Positions 12,285 to 24,691 of a stretch of 64,000 nt of DNA are shown here, in pieces. The notes under the pieces were generated by a model, which saw only the letters and a list, made by a program, of their open reading frames with translations, had not been told where the DNA came from and did no database searches. Position numbers and translations under genes: made by a program. The stretch comes from Sphaerodactylus townsendi (taxonomy: Eukaryota), in contig NC_059431.1 of assembly GCF_021028975.2 (NCBI RefSeq), positions 46,934,001-46,998,000 of the forward strand. The letters run 5' to 3'. How positions within the stretch are numbered: the first letter of the stretch is position 1; each line of letters starts with the position of its first letter.

Positions 12285-12780
12285 AGTTATTCTATTTACT
12301 TCATACAGCAGTTTGTTTTGTATGTGAAACAAACTTAACTGTGCTTTCCCACTTCAAAATTTGCTTCCTCCAAAAAACGGCTATCTCATAAAAAAATAAT
12401 GTATCATTCTTCGTAGCGATCAGTGCAGTTGTTTCTAAATGGGTTTGCCTAATAGACAAAGTGCTTCAGTTGAAGGGCTTAGATGCCTGTTGAGATTAAG
12501 ACATGCTATACATAGCCATTATTTGGCTCTGGAAGAAAATATTAATTCCAAAGTTGACAGAGCTTTCAATTTAAATAGAAAGTGGTTTTATGAATTAGTG
12601 CCTCAAAGGAAGCAAACCTAATATCCAGTTTCTACCGTGGGACTTGTGACGGCTGTCCCAAACCCAGAGAACAATACATTATTGATTTATAAAAAGTTGG
12701 TTCATTTTAATATATCCTAAATAAAATTACTCCTTAACTAGATGATTTTTGAAAAATTATGTGGGAAAGTGAAAATATAT

Positions 12781-12883
12781 CTGGCTATTATGGGTTTTCT
12801 GGGCTGTGTGGCCAAGGTCTGGTAGTTTTTGCTCCTAATACACAACAGCCAGTTGATTCCAGCCATGAAAGCCTTCAACAACA
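12781..12883. mobile_element. Collapsed palindromic Penelope-like insertion
   Basis: A minus-strand arm (GGGTTTTCTGGGCTGTGTGGCC...CTCCTAA) is fused to the plus-strand terminus (CACAACAGCCAGTTGATTCCAGCCATGAAAGCCTTCAACAAC); homologous to the 22180, 53540 and 60332 copies; TGAAAATAT repeated on both flanks. Confidence 0.7.
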
Positions 12884-14571
12884 TGCTGAAAATATGCAAT
12901 CAGTTTCTAGCCTGATAACAATTTTAATTGCCATAGAGAGGTATCACAAGACTAATATCAAATCAAGTTCTTGGGGTATGTTTGTTCTCTTTCCCAAATC
13001 CCTTTTTTCCCATACCTCACTTTGCAGGGATGTAAGTCCAGATTTCTGGCAGGTATATCAACAAAAAGTATAGGCTAAATAATCATAATAATCATAATGT
13101 TTCCATTCTTAAGAGATACTTAAATTATTAAAGTATTAAACCTGTAGAAAGGTAGCACAAGTCTCAAGTATTTTAAACTAAAGCACAGATTACTCATACA
13201 TGCACAGACTTAACAATTTTCATTTCTAAAAAGCTTCAGATCTACATATAAGGTCCCCAGTGATTCAGTTGGTACCTGGAAAACCCATTTCCATGATAAT
13301 GGATTTTGTTTTCTTTTTGCTGCCTTTCAGTAGATACTCAGGGATTTCTAAGCATGAAAACTGAAAAGTATAACAATCTGTCAAGTTAGATTGAAATTAC
13401 CAGAAATACTACCTAGAATGAATTTGTGGAATGCCACTTTCATATCTCCCCCCAGGACACAGAAACACAAAAGTACTGTTCCACTGGCATAAATGACATT
13501 TCACCGATGCAACAGCATTTTTGGATCCAAGCCACTATTTATAGATATGAATTTACTGTATTCATTAGAAAAAATGATTCTTCACCACCACAGTAAATGA
13601 CTTATCTTTATCTTTTCATAATTATTAAAATACCTTAACCTCTAGAGAAAGGCCTGATCGTTCTCTTATTGTACATCATTCCAAATATTTTAAAAATCCT
13701 ACATAGAATGGAGCTGTAATCAATATATCCAGTAGTTTTTATGAGATGATTTACAATCAATTTGCATATTGTAGTGTTTGAAATGACCTTGAGTATTCTG
13801 ATAAAATTAGTTTACAAGATTCACCAAGGTCCTATTTTATATTTAATAATAATTTCTATTACACCTTTAATATGCAAATACTGTGTATCAGTCTTGCTTG
13901 TGCTCACAGCCCCATTGTAGGGTAGGCGCCCAAGATTCCAAAGCACCTGGGAAACTGAGGTTGAAAGATATGTTCAGGAATTACAGGCCTTACGAATCCA
14001 AATCTAATATTTTCTTACCAAACTGCCTGTTTTTGAAACTCTTTTGATAGATTGAGCAGTAAGATTTTTACAGTAATTGCAGTGTCTCTTTGTAAGGAAT
14101 CAGGGGCCCATTTTTTGGGTGTCATGTAGACAAATATACTCTCTCTAGTCTCACAAAAGTTAATTCTTCTCTGAATAAGGAAAGTACCATATCATGACAC
14201 ACATGGTAATTTTGTGCACTTCATATTGACGCATTATCTATCTCAGGGTTTGTCGCTTTTTATCACTCTACCAGCAGCTACATTCTTATTATTATTGACA
14301 TGACAATAGCACAGTTATTTATTTTATACGGTGTTATAAGCAATAAATTTTGCTTACGTCTCAAATAGTGAACTGGTTAATGACGTGTCTTTGCCTGGGG
14401 TAGTTTTATGTTGTCTTGTCATATAATATTGTTACCTGCAATATGAACTGGGGGGAAAGGAAGATAGTACCTCAGTGTGTGTTGTCTTATTTTACCTTGT
14501 CATTATAGTTGTGTAAAGTAATATATGACTGACACTGAAGTTCTTTTTACCTCATGTGGTTACTTGGACAG

Positions 14572-14830
14572 GAGTCAGGATCAATTTTTCTTGCCTGCAA
14601 TTCCTAATGCTTCTGGAAGCAGAGTGAATTCTCTTGAAGATCGAATGTCCAATCAGGAGAGGACCACTGCTGTCCTTCTGGATCAGGCCTTTCGAATAAA
14701 AGATGGCATTGTTTCTTACCTTCAGGGAAATAAAGGCTTTCAGCAAGGAGAGGCAGTAGCACTCCAGCTACTGGAGAACCACATACAGACTATCACAAGC
14801 ATAGTTAAAAAGCTCAGCCATGACATTGAG
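14572..14830 (+). CDS. FAM81B: FAM81B coding exon 2
   Basis: CAG|G acceptor, GAG|GTACCT donor; encodes SQDQFFLPAIP...LEDRMSNQERTTAVLLDQAFRIKD...LLENHIQTITSIVKKLSHDIE, a FAM81 family signature. Confidence 0.93.
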
Positions 14831-15109
14831 GTACCTCTGTATTTACATTTAGCATTAATGGCAATGTGATAACCCTCTTCTTTCTCCAGTAGCATTTTTT
14901 CAGCTATAGACAGATTGACTTAATATTAAGTTCTTATAAAATATGTATATATCTTTGTTCTCCCCAAGAGACATGAAGTCTAGTCAGCTAGCTGGTTTAA
15001 CTCCTGAATGCAAAATGTCTAAAGTTAGCCTCATAAATAAGACAAGGGAAGCCACGAAGGACAGAATTTTAGCCAGTGAGACCTGATATAGCAGACTCTA
15101 CTTTTCTTA

Positions 15110-15631
15110 GGCCCTTTCCGCACAGGCCAAAAACAGCGCCCTAGGGATGGCAAAAACACTGTCCCTAGGGAGCTGTTCGCATGGGGGGCACTGCTGCATT
15201 GGGGGGCACTGCCCTCACTCCCCCCCCAGCGGCACAAACCGCTGTTTCCCAATCTTGCTCCCCGAGCGAGGTTTTCCGGAAACAGCGGCTTCCAACGGCA
15301 GTGGCTGGAAGGCGCCATGTCCCCTGTACCATCCCTGAAAGCTTACCTCATCTCCTGGCTTCTGGCTCGTTGCAGAGGCCAGGGGACACCCCCCCCCCCG
15401 GTCTGCGACTCTAGAGCTGTTGCTCCAGCCTGTGGGGGCATGTCCCCTGGCCTCTGTGACGAGCCGGAGGCCAGGGGACAAGGTAAGCTTTCAGGGACGG
15501 CACAGCCTGTGCGAAGGCTGCGCCGCTGCCTGCCACCCCCCTGGGACCGTCCATGCGAACGGTCCCAAGGGGGTGCGTCGGCGTGTTTTACACCGACGCA
15601 CCCCCCGCACTGTTACAGTGCTGAAAGGGCC
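15110..15631. mobile_element. PIF/Harbinger-type MITE
   Basis: TIRs GGCCCTTTCCGCAC / GTGCTGAAAGGGCC; TTA TSD on both sides; GC-rich; related to 24280..24691. Confidence 0.82.
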
Positions 15632-16453
15632 TTACATTCATGATGTCTGCATGTATTAATCATTCTCCCCGATGTGTTAACTACACACACTAGTTAACTA
15701 TACATAGGGAGGTTTTATGTAGAGGAGCGTTCAAAAATATCTCCTCGTACACATCTGCAATCTATGTTCCTTAGTTCACTGTACAGAAATGAGGGTGTGC
15801 AGTTATTTTCAGTATAAATGCATGGAATATTTGTCATTAAAAAGTTTTCTGGCTCAGAGCTGGGTTTCAGTCTGCCCCCATTGCATGAGAATATGACATA
15901 ATAGAGATGAATAATTTGTGTCTTGGCAAAACTGGTCACCAGGGAAAGTAAAGTTAACAGCCCTGCTCTTGGAATCATAACCAGCATACTCGACATGAGA
16001 GAGCAAATAGAGATGAGTCATAAAGTTGAAATGGATTTCTCTGCTTAGGAAGGCAGGACAAACCAATAAATACTTAGCATATAACAAACAGCAAGCTCAT
16101 TGTGCGGTATGAGAATTATGCTGAAACCCCCAAAACAGTCTAACCAAAACAGAGAGAACGAAAGAAAATTGGTTTCTCTGCCCCAAAAGAATATATACCT
16201 TTTGCTGGACTGATAAGAGACTCTTCCATGGTCCTTTTGAACAATTTGAACTAGGGAGAAAATCTGTAGCAAGAGACTGTGTTTCTGAACTGTTCCTTGT
16301 TAACTCCATTATTCTTGATAAATATATTGAGCAACAAGAATATTTTTTCAGGCTCCAAACACTGACCCATTTAAGTAATAAAAACATAATTTTATAAAAT
16401 TGAAAGCTGAATACATGCGAGTGCAGTCTTTAACATTCCCTGAAAATTCATAG

Positions 16454-16572
16454 ATGCTGGAGAGGCAAATAAAAACAAGAGATGATGTCACATCAGGAAC
16501 AAATTTTGCTGTGCAAAGCATGGATCATAAACATCTGCAAGGAGTTGGGGATCTACGTGGAAGAGTAGCCAG
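16454..16572 (+). CDS. FAM81B: FAM81B coding exon 3
   Basis: TAG|ATG acceptor, AG|GTAAAC donor; MLERQIKTRDDVTSGTNFAVQSMDHKHLQGVGDLRGRVAR contains the conserved FAM81 DLRGRVARCD motif; 119 nt. Confidence 0.95.
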
Positions 16573-17564
16573 GTAAACTCAACACAATCTAAATTAATGC
16601 CTATGTAATGTTCACAGTCATGGACAGCTGAAGGAATGCCTCTTCCCATATTGTCCAGCCTGTCAACTGAGATCCTTTTCTCAAGCCCTGTTCTCTGTGC
16701 CCCATTGGAGGATGTATGGTGGGGTGGATGGGGTGGGGGTTACAAGATTTGTTTTCAGTGGTGGAGTCTGTCTCAAGGATTACCTGGTGCCTATGTCTTT
16801 TCCTTTTAGGATCAAGCTAAAATCCAGGCTTTTCACTGAAGGGTTCCATCTTTTTAAAGCAGTGTTAAAGTCTGCAATATCTGTTTCATTTGTTTTTATG
16901 CCATGATGTTTATTATTATGAGCTTCGATTGTTATATTAATGTTTCTGTTATTAATGAGTTTTATTGTTAGCTTGGTTTTGTTTTGTTGTTACAACTCTC
17001 CAAAGGCTTGGGGGTGAAATGACACCCGGGTCCTGCCCCTGCGGCCCCACCCCTTACGGCACCCCATGCCCGTGACCCCCTTATCCCCCCTCTTTCACTC
17101 AGAAGCTAGAAGGAGTCATTCCTTCATGTCAAATATATGACAACTGAATTTTGATTCACACCAGTCTTCATTAAGTCCAATGCCTTTTAATGTCCTTTTA
17201 ATTTTGAGGGAATGACTTCTGTGAGCTGATCTCATACAGCTGGAAGAACATCTAAATGAGCCAGCTTCAGGGAAGGAGCCAGTTGTATGTTTCCCTGGTG
17301 TAAACAGGGGATGTCTTCATTCTCTGGGTGAAAAAAGAATAATGCAGTGGATTACTACAAGTGACTGAGATCCTATGAAATAAATTTGTGGTGGGAGGGA
17401 GAGAGCAAAAGGAGGAATATATGAGAAATGTATTGGTCATAAAGTCTTCAGGACAAATAAATGCAATTAAATTAATCCAGAAAGCTAAAACAAGTAAGCC
17501 TTTGCTACTGTACAAACCGAAAAGAGTATCTGAAGCTTTAGTACTACAACACACACCAAAAGTA

Positions 17565-17752
17565 GGGGTGGTAGCTCGGGGTTGGGAAATACCTGAAGAT
17601 TTTCAGGGTGGAGCCTGAGGAGAACAGAGTTTAGAAAGAGACTTCAACGGGGTATAATCCACTTTCCAAAGCAGCCATTTTCTCCAGAGGACCAGAGGAT
17701 CAGTTGTACTACCAGGAGATCTCCAGCCACCACCTGGAGGTTATCAATCCTA
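17565..17752 (+). mobile_element. Older interspersed repeat fragment (unclassified squamate repeat)
   Basis: GGTTGGGAAATACCTGAAGATTTTCAGGGTGGAGCCTGAGG... is the reverse complement of the sequence flanking the Gypsy insertion (5988-6016 joined to 7113-7165). Confidence 0.5.
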
Positions 17753-18136
17753 ACCAAAAGGCAGTACAACCATGCTGGAGGTAACTAATTTGGATTGGAA
17801 TTTGGAAGAGCATTTGACAGGGAGACTAGAGGCATTGTACTGTCTGACTTTTAACCACTGGGCTAAAGTTATCAGAGCTATCGTAACAACAAAGTGGCTG
17901 GGGGAATCTTAAGGAGCTAACAAGGAAGATGACTTGCTTTAACACACCATTTTGTCACAAAAGTCAAATCAGGGCAGATTCTTATTTGACTACCACACCA
18001 GAACCAATTTTGTGGCATGCCTTAAAAGAAGAACTTGAATTTCATTCTAGATTCTGAATAAAACTGTCCAGATGCCTGCGATGGGATCAACAATTTTTGT
18101 TGTTGTTGAATGTATAATCTATTGACTCTTCTTATG

Positions 18137-18437
18137 GGAGCAGAAGTGGCATAGTGGATAAGAGCAGGTGCACTCTAATCTGGAGAAGTGGGTTTGATTC
18201 TCCGCTCTGCCACTTGAGCTGTGGAGGCTTATCAGGGAAACTAGATTAGCTTGTGTACTCCCAGCGCATGCCAGCTGGGTGACCTTGGGCTAGTCACAGC
18301 TTATCGGAGCTCTCTCAGCCCCACTCAACTCACAGAGTGTTTGTTGGGGTGGGGGGGGGAGAAAGGAGATTGTAAGCCTCTTTGAGTCTCTTTAAGGGAG
18401 AGAAAAGGGGGGTATAAATCCAAACTCTTCTTCTCTC
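18137..18437 (+). mobile_element. tRNA-derived squamate SINE (Squam3-like), full length
   Basis: A box GTGGCATAGTGG, B box GGTTTGATTCTC, core GGTGACCTTGGGCTAGTCAC, tail TATAAATCCAAACTCTTCTTCT. Confidence 0.82.
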
Positions 18438-19094
18438 TTCTATTTCAGCTATGTTTACAGGATTAAAAAGCAGAATTTGTACTCTCAAATTTTAAACTGA
18501 TACAAGAACAGTAAGCAATAGGGATAAACTCTGAAAAATGAGGCTATTGCCTGCATAATTTGTGGCGCATTAAAGAGTCCAGCTTTCTTTTAATTATCTA
18601 AGCCATTTTATAGATTAAGGCCAAAGATTCCATTTATTTATTTTTACACTGAAAAACAAAATCTCCAAGCTCAGCACATTCTTCTGACATTGCAGCATAA
18701 GGGCTGGCTGGCTCTGTTCACTATATTTAACAATTAATTTTTAATAGAACAGTGAGTGAATAATTGCTTTTAGGTTAATCAAGAATACATTAAAATTAAT
18801 TATATTTATAAGTAAGTACTTTTTGCATATTGCTTGTTTGCTATAAGGGTTCCTTTATGTAAATATTGAGCAGGCTTAATTGGCAATGGTAATCCATTAT
18901 CAACAGAAAAGATTAAAGAAAGCACTAGTGATACTTATCAATGGGGAATGTTGCCATCTGTTAATCCAAGATTAAACCAATGCCCATTTCAAAAGGCTTA
19001 AAATCCAAACAATAGCTTTTAGAAGAACCCACGTCTACCTTTGTGGGAGTGTGAAAATGTGAGTAGGTCCCAAACGAATTTTGCTCCTTGATGT

Positions 19095-20139
19095 TAAGAA
19101 CATAAGAACATAAGAATAAGCCAGCTGGATCAGACCAGAGTCCATCTAGTCCAGCTCTCTGCTACTCGCAGTGGCCCACCAGGTGCCTTTGGGAGCTCAC
19201 ATGCAGGATGTGAAAGCAAGGGCCTTCTGCTGCTGCTGTTGCTCCCGAGCACCTGGACTGTTAAGGCATTTGCAATCTCAGATCAAAGAGGATCAAGATT
19301 GGTAGCCATAAATCGACTTCTCCATAAATCTGTCCAAGCCCCTTTTAAAGCTATCCAGGTTAGAGGCCATCACCACCTCCTGTGGCAGCATATTCCAAAC
19401 ACCAATCACACGTTGCATGAAGAAGTGTTTCCTTTTATTAGTCCTAATTCTTCCCCCCAGCATTTTCAATGTATGCCCCCTGGTTCTAGTATTGTGAGAA
19501 AGAGAGAAAAATTTATCTCTGTCAACATTTTCTACCCCATGCATAATTTTGTAGACTTCAATCATATTCCCCCTCAGACGTCTCCTCTCCAAACTAAAGA
19601 GTCCCAAACGCTGCAGCCTCTCCTCATAAGGAAGGTGCTCCAGTCCCTCAGTCATCCTTGTTGCCCTTCTCTGCACTTTTTCTATTTCTTCAATATCCTT
19701 TTTGAGATGTGGCGACCAGAACTGAACACAGTACTGCAAGTGCGGTCGCACCACGGCTTTATATGAGGGCATGACAATCTTTGCAGTTTTATTCTCAATT
19801 CCTTTCCTAATTATCCCCAGCATAGAGTTTGCCTTTTTCACAGCTGCCATGCATTGAGTTGACATTCCCATGGAACTATCAACTAAGACGCCCAAATCTC
19901 TTTCCTGGTCTGTGACTGACAGCACTGACCCCTGTAGCGTGTATGTGAAGTTTGGATTTTTTGCCCCTATGTGCATCACTTTGCATTTTGCTACATTGAA
20001 CTGCATTTGCCATTTCTTAGCCCACTCACCTAATTTATCAAGGTCCGCTTGGAGCTCTTCGCAATCCTTTGCGGTTTTCACCACACTACATGATTTGGTA
20101 TCATCTGCAAACTTGGCCACCATGCTACCCACCCCTAAC
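19095..20139 (-). mobile_element. CR1 LINE, 5'-truncated (RT C-terminus and 3' UTR)
   Basis: ORF 19293..20195: KFADDTK...WQMQFNVAKCKVMH...ERDLGVLVD...RPHLQYCVQFWSPHLKKDI...RLGLFSLERRRLRG; 3' octamer tail (TTCTTATG)n. The long open frame suggests a young copy. Confidence 0.95.
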
Positions 20140-20649
20140 AGGCTGTAGATGCATGGAAAAAAATCCCACCCCCCACATTTTTCATATGTATTCATTTAAT
20201 GCCATGAACATTTATGTTTGGTTTACATGAGTGGTGTACTGACTTAAGTATTAAATATAAATAAAACCAGCAAAAGGCATTACCAATCATTAGACTGTGT
20301 TCTTCTTACCAGTACTGCATCCTTCAGCTATATGATGGGATGAATAAAACTGAGTATGCCTTGCCTATAACAACTTCATGGCAGAAATGAAATCTGAATG
20401 AGGAATTCCATAGCCACAAAATTAGTTTTTTTTTCATTTTGTCACCTTCTTATCCTGGGTAACGACTAAATGGTTAATCTAAGGCTGGGTATAGTCAAGG
20501 AACTAACTGCATGCTGTATGGATTATTCCTTGATGTTATTTTAAATAGATATCAGTCTAAATGAGATGTGGCATTGGGAATGACTACAATGGAAATAATT
20601 GGGATGTGTTGATGGCTACCATGTTTTTATGATGCATTTCCATTTTTAG

Positions 20650-20779
20650 ATGTGATGCCAGCATTGCAAAACTCTCTGGAGATACAAATATAATCAGATA
20701 TGAGATTCAAAAACAAGAAAGAGAAATTCATGCCATTCAGTCTACCCTGGAAAATTATACTAACAACATCGAGATGAAG
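20650..20779 (+). CDS. FAM81B: FAM81B coding exon 4
   Basis: TTTTTAG|A acceptor, AAG|GTGAGT donor; CDASIAKLSGDTNIIRYEIQKQEREIHAIQSTLENYTNNIEMK; 130 nt, phase consistent. Confidence 0.95.
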
Positions 20780-20807
20780 GTGAGTAGGTCTGCAGAAAAA
20801 TATCTTT

Positions 20808-20948
20808 GGCTCAATCCGCACATGCAGAATAATGCACTTTCAAACTGCTTTCAATGCTCTTTGAAGCTGTGCAGAATGGCAAAATCCACTTGCAAACAGT
20901 TGTGAAAGTGGTTTGAAAATGCATTATTCTGCGTGTGCGGAAGGAGCC
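20808..20948. mobile_element. 141-bp Harbinger-type MITE, copy 1
   Basis: TIR GGCTCAATCCGCACATGCAGAATAATGC / GCATTATTCTGCGTGTGCGGAAGGAGCC; near-identical copies at 21088 and 55755. Confidence 0.85.
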
Positions 20949-21087
20949 TTAGCCATTTTAGCCTCAGGTATGTCAAACCTTTTGTTCACCCCGCACCCCA
21001 TTATATTCAAACCACTCCTGGGTGATGCAGGGCAAAGAGTATAGAGAGACAAGTTGAGGGCCAAACCAGACATTGTATGGAAGATCT

Positions 21088-21228
21088 GGCGCATTCCACA
21101 GATGCAGAATAATGCACTTTCAAACTGCTTTCAGTGCTCTTTGAAGCTGTGCGGAATAGCAAAATCCACTTGCAAACAGTTGTGAAAGTGGTTTGAAAAT
21201 GCATTATTTTGCGTGTGCGGAAGGGGCC
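21088..21228. mobile_element. 141-bp Harbinger-type MITE, copy 2
   Basis: Same family and orientation as copy 1, 140 bp downstream of it. Confidence 0.85.
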
Positions 21229-22179
21229 AGAGTGACTTCCATAACAGGTGTTTGGCGGGCATATTTAACCCTCTACCCACTTTGTTTTCTTAACACCTTG
21301 TTCAAACTGCTTGTTGTGCTGTACCTGTATTCCTATCCCCAAGGGACCCAGAACAGCTTTGTGAGGGGAAATGTAGATTGAAAAACAACACAAGGTGGGG
21401 GACAACATCCACAAGTAAACTGGCAGCCTCTGCTGCTGCATTTGAGCAAAAATAAATAATTGGGATGTATGATAAAGGATCTGCCACATCATAAGCAACT
21501 TGGCCCCTTAGGAAATGAGCAAGCACTGTTTTGTATTCCTATGGGAGAATATGCAGCAGTAGTCTAATGATTTATGGGTCCAGAATGGTCTCAGTAACAC
21601 TATGCATAGATGATGTGGTGCCATGAAATGAATTGTTGGGCCCTGGGAGAACATGAAGCACAGCTGCATCATAACAACCCAATTATTTCTACAGCCCTTA
21701 AAATTAAGTACTGTACTGCAGTTCATAAACGCATCAACATTTATTTATGAAATAGTAGTTAAATAAAAAGATCTCAGAACTATACTTTAAAAAATCCCAG
21801 TGTATGAAATCAAAGATCTTAGCATGATTTTGCTCATTTCCTAAGGGGCCAAGTTGCTTATGATATGGCAGTTTAAATGTTTTAAAGCCTCACTATCAAC
21901 ATGTGTATGTGAGAAAGAGAAGGGTCTGAATCCCCCCCCCCAACTGCACCCCAGTCTGGAACTCAATGGGGAGACTGAGGGCAGGGCCAGCCTGGGTTCA
22001 CCCCCCCCCCATATCCACGTGAGGTCAGGTGTGGGGCTAGCCCACTCAATCTCCATGTGGAGATGGGGGCAATGGCCTGGGCTTCGAACCAGCTGTAAAC
22101 TGCAGCCTGCAGCTCCAGACTAGAAGCAAGCCTAGCCTCAGCCGAGCTCAGACTGAAGCCAACTGCTCTCATCCATCTA

Positions 22180-22423
22180 GTTACTGATTAGTTCCTTAAT
22201 GATTGGTTCCCCACCCTGGGACATGGACAATATATATCCCACTAACATTCTCTTCTCACTAGACACAATGTGTAACAGACTTCTCTCTGTGATACACCTC
22301 TGAAGATGCCAGCCACAGATGCAGGCGAAACATTAGGAACAAGACCTACCAGACTACGGCCACACAGCCCGGAAAACCCACAGCAACCAATTAATTCTGG
22401 CCGTGAAAGCCTTCGACAATACA
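22180..22423 (+). mobile_element. Penelope-like element 3' end / pseudo-LTR with hammerhead motif
   Basis: CCTCTGAAGATGCCAGCCACAGATGCAGGCGAAACATTAGG followed by ...CACACAGCCCGGAAAACCCAC...GTGAAAGCCTTCGACAATACA. The left boundary is approximate. Confidence 0.75.
22297..22337 (+). ncRNA. Minimal type I hammerhead ribozyme motif (Penelope-type)
   Basis: Stem I CCU/AGG; CUGAAGA (22300-22306); stem II GCC(A)GC/GC(A)GGC; GAAA (22327-22330); the helix III palindrome ACGU has mutated to ACAU. Confidence 0.6.
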
Positions 22424-24279
22424 TAGTTCTATATTGTTGGCTCCACCCACCAAGCTCCACCTCCAGCCTTCAACTGTGCCTTGTATCTGGTGGAGGACCG
22501 GGTGCAGCTGTGGGAGAGGGGACGAACAGAGCGCTTGGATTAGTCACAGGCACCATTTTAAGTAGATATACCTTAAATATTAGACAAAATTGTCTGTGAA
22601 TGCATATGAATTGGTGCTTCCATACCATACACAGCTAGTTTTCATACATTTGGAGTGTATAACAGGACTTTCAAGGCAGGCTGGAGTTCTTGCATCCCCT
22701 CCGTATGGAAATCATTGGTTAGCACTAGCTGCTTTAACATATTCAGATCTGAGCATCCAGAAAAATGTGTGAGGTAAACTTCCTTTCTACATTCACATTT
22801 TAAAGTCCTTTAACATTTATTATTGATCTGCCTCAGGGTCTAGCATTAATGTTTAGATACTCTATACTAACAGAAAAGAAGCCTGAGGACTAAGGTAATA
22901 TTCACATCTCTTCCCAATTGAAACTAGAGCTATAACCCTATGCACTTACACAAAAATAAGTTTCCTTGACATCAGCCAAATTTACTTTTGAATAAATATG
23001 CATAACCTTGGGCAGTAAGACTTGCCCTAGTGTCATCTACTGAGGTCCACTTGTGCAGGTCAAGATTGGAGTAATTCTACTTCAGTGATTGCCCCAATAC
23101 TTGATGTATTTAGTGATTGCCCCAATATCTGAGGTGTTCATGGAGTTCCTTATTTTCTATCTGCAATTTTTCTGCTTATACGTGCAGTGGATTCTGCACA
23201 TTTATCTACAGGTGGTGGGAATCTCTACCTTGCATTCAAGGAGCCGCCTCAATGCAGGAGGCTTCAATGAACTCAATTAATTGCATTTCTTATTGATACT
23301 TTATTGCATTCACACAACTTAGTATAACATTAATTGGGGCCCTTTCAAAGGGTGATTATTCCCAGGAGGATATGATTGAAGATATTTCTGGAAAGTATAA
23401 AACAGGGTTCTGCAGAGACCTGTCTCCTTTGATAAAATTAAGAAATATAGTTTCCACAATGACTGGGAAATAGAATAAATACACATCAGAATAATATAAA
23501 ACAGGATACTACAGTATATAAAACAGTCATCCATTTAATACACAGACATAAAGCAGAATAAACACATACAGGATTTTTTTCCCTACTGAACCCCCCCTTT
23601 TTTTGCAAATGATATGCAAAGTTGGAATACAAATTAAGAAATGATCATGTGGTAAAACCATGCCAGAACTTTATCAAAGACAGCATTTTTTAAAATGCTC
23701 CCTCATGTCAAATCCCCTTGCACCTAGAATTTCACACTCGTAGAGGAAAGATTCTGTCAACACTTCTCCTTAGCATGATAGTCACCACCTACATTAGAAA
23801 GCATTAAAATGTGTGACCAGTCTAGGATGGGAAATAGCATGAAGTATTTCTGATTACAGAGTTAATTTTCTAGGGCCTAGTCACACAGTTCTTTACTGAA
23901 GGGATCGGAAGAAATTGCACATGTCATTCCTACTGGAACACAGTATGAACTGCTTCACAATACATTGATTTGTTCCCCCACTCCCCATCCATATAGCTGT
24001 CAGGGAAGAGTACAGGCAATGCGATGTACAAAATAATGTATGGAGGAAATTTACATGAAAAAAAAACTTTTTCAAATATCCTTCCTATGTTCCTGGGTGG
24101 ATGCCATGAATGTTACTCAGTCCTATGGAAAGCTACTTTGTGAATGTGCATTAGACACTCAGGCTCTCATTTGACCTGTTGTACTCAGGGACATATTCCA
24201 AATATATAAATGCACAACTTTGTCAAGTGCATAGGATCCAAAAGGTGTAGCTGGAAAAGTATTACGACAGAGACATGAA

Positions 24280-24691
24280 GGCCGCTTCTGCATGGCCCTA
24301 AAACAGCGCCACAGGGACAGTAAAAACACCATCCTGGGGCACTGTTCGCACAGCTGCCGCTGTTGCAGTGCAGCAGCGCCATGCCCACCCACCCCCAGCG
24401 CAAAAATGCAGCTTTCGAAACACGCTCTGTGAGTGTGTTTTTTGGAAGGCACTGTCTTCCTGCTGGCACCATGCAAAGCCGTGGGTCAGAGGGCAGCATA
24501 GGCATGTCACTTCCTCCCTCTGGAGTCTTGGAGGGACGACAAGATAAACAAAAGACGCAGAACAGAGGCAGCTCCATGCAGATGCCATCTCTGCAGTTCG
24601 CTGCAGCTTTGGCCGTGTGAACTGTCTTGTGGCTCCACCGGCATTAAGTATGCCAGTGGACATCTGCTTCTGTCACCATGCAGAAATGGCC
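24280..24691. mobile_element. Harbinger-type MITE (older relative of 15110)
   Basis: TIRs GGCCGCTTCTGCATGG / CCATGCAGAAATGGCC; shared AAAACAGCGCC..AGGGA subterminal sequence. Confidence 0.7.

Noticed and set aside
13331-13367. Alternative FAM81B first exon (strong polypyrimidine acceptor, ATG AAA ACT GAA AA|GTATAA, phase-compatible)
   Set aside because: Weak donor and no homology; 2448..2491 has a consensus donor and matches the known protein. It remains possible as a minor isoform.
14525-14571. ORF-track start MTDTEVLF... as the FAM81B N-terminus
   Set aside because: This is intronic read-through across the polypyrimidine tract and acceptor.
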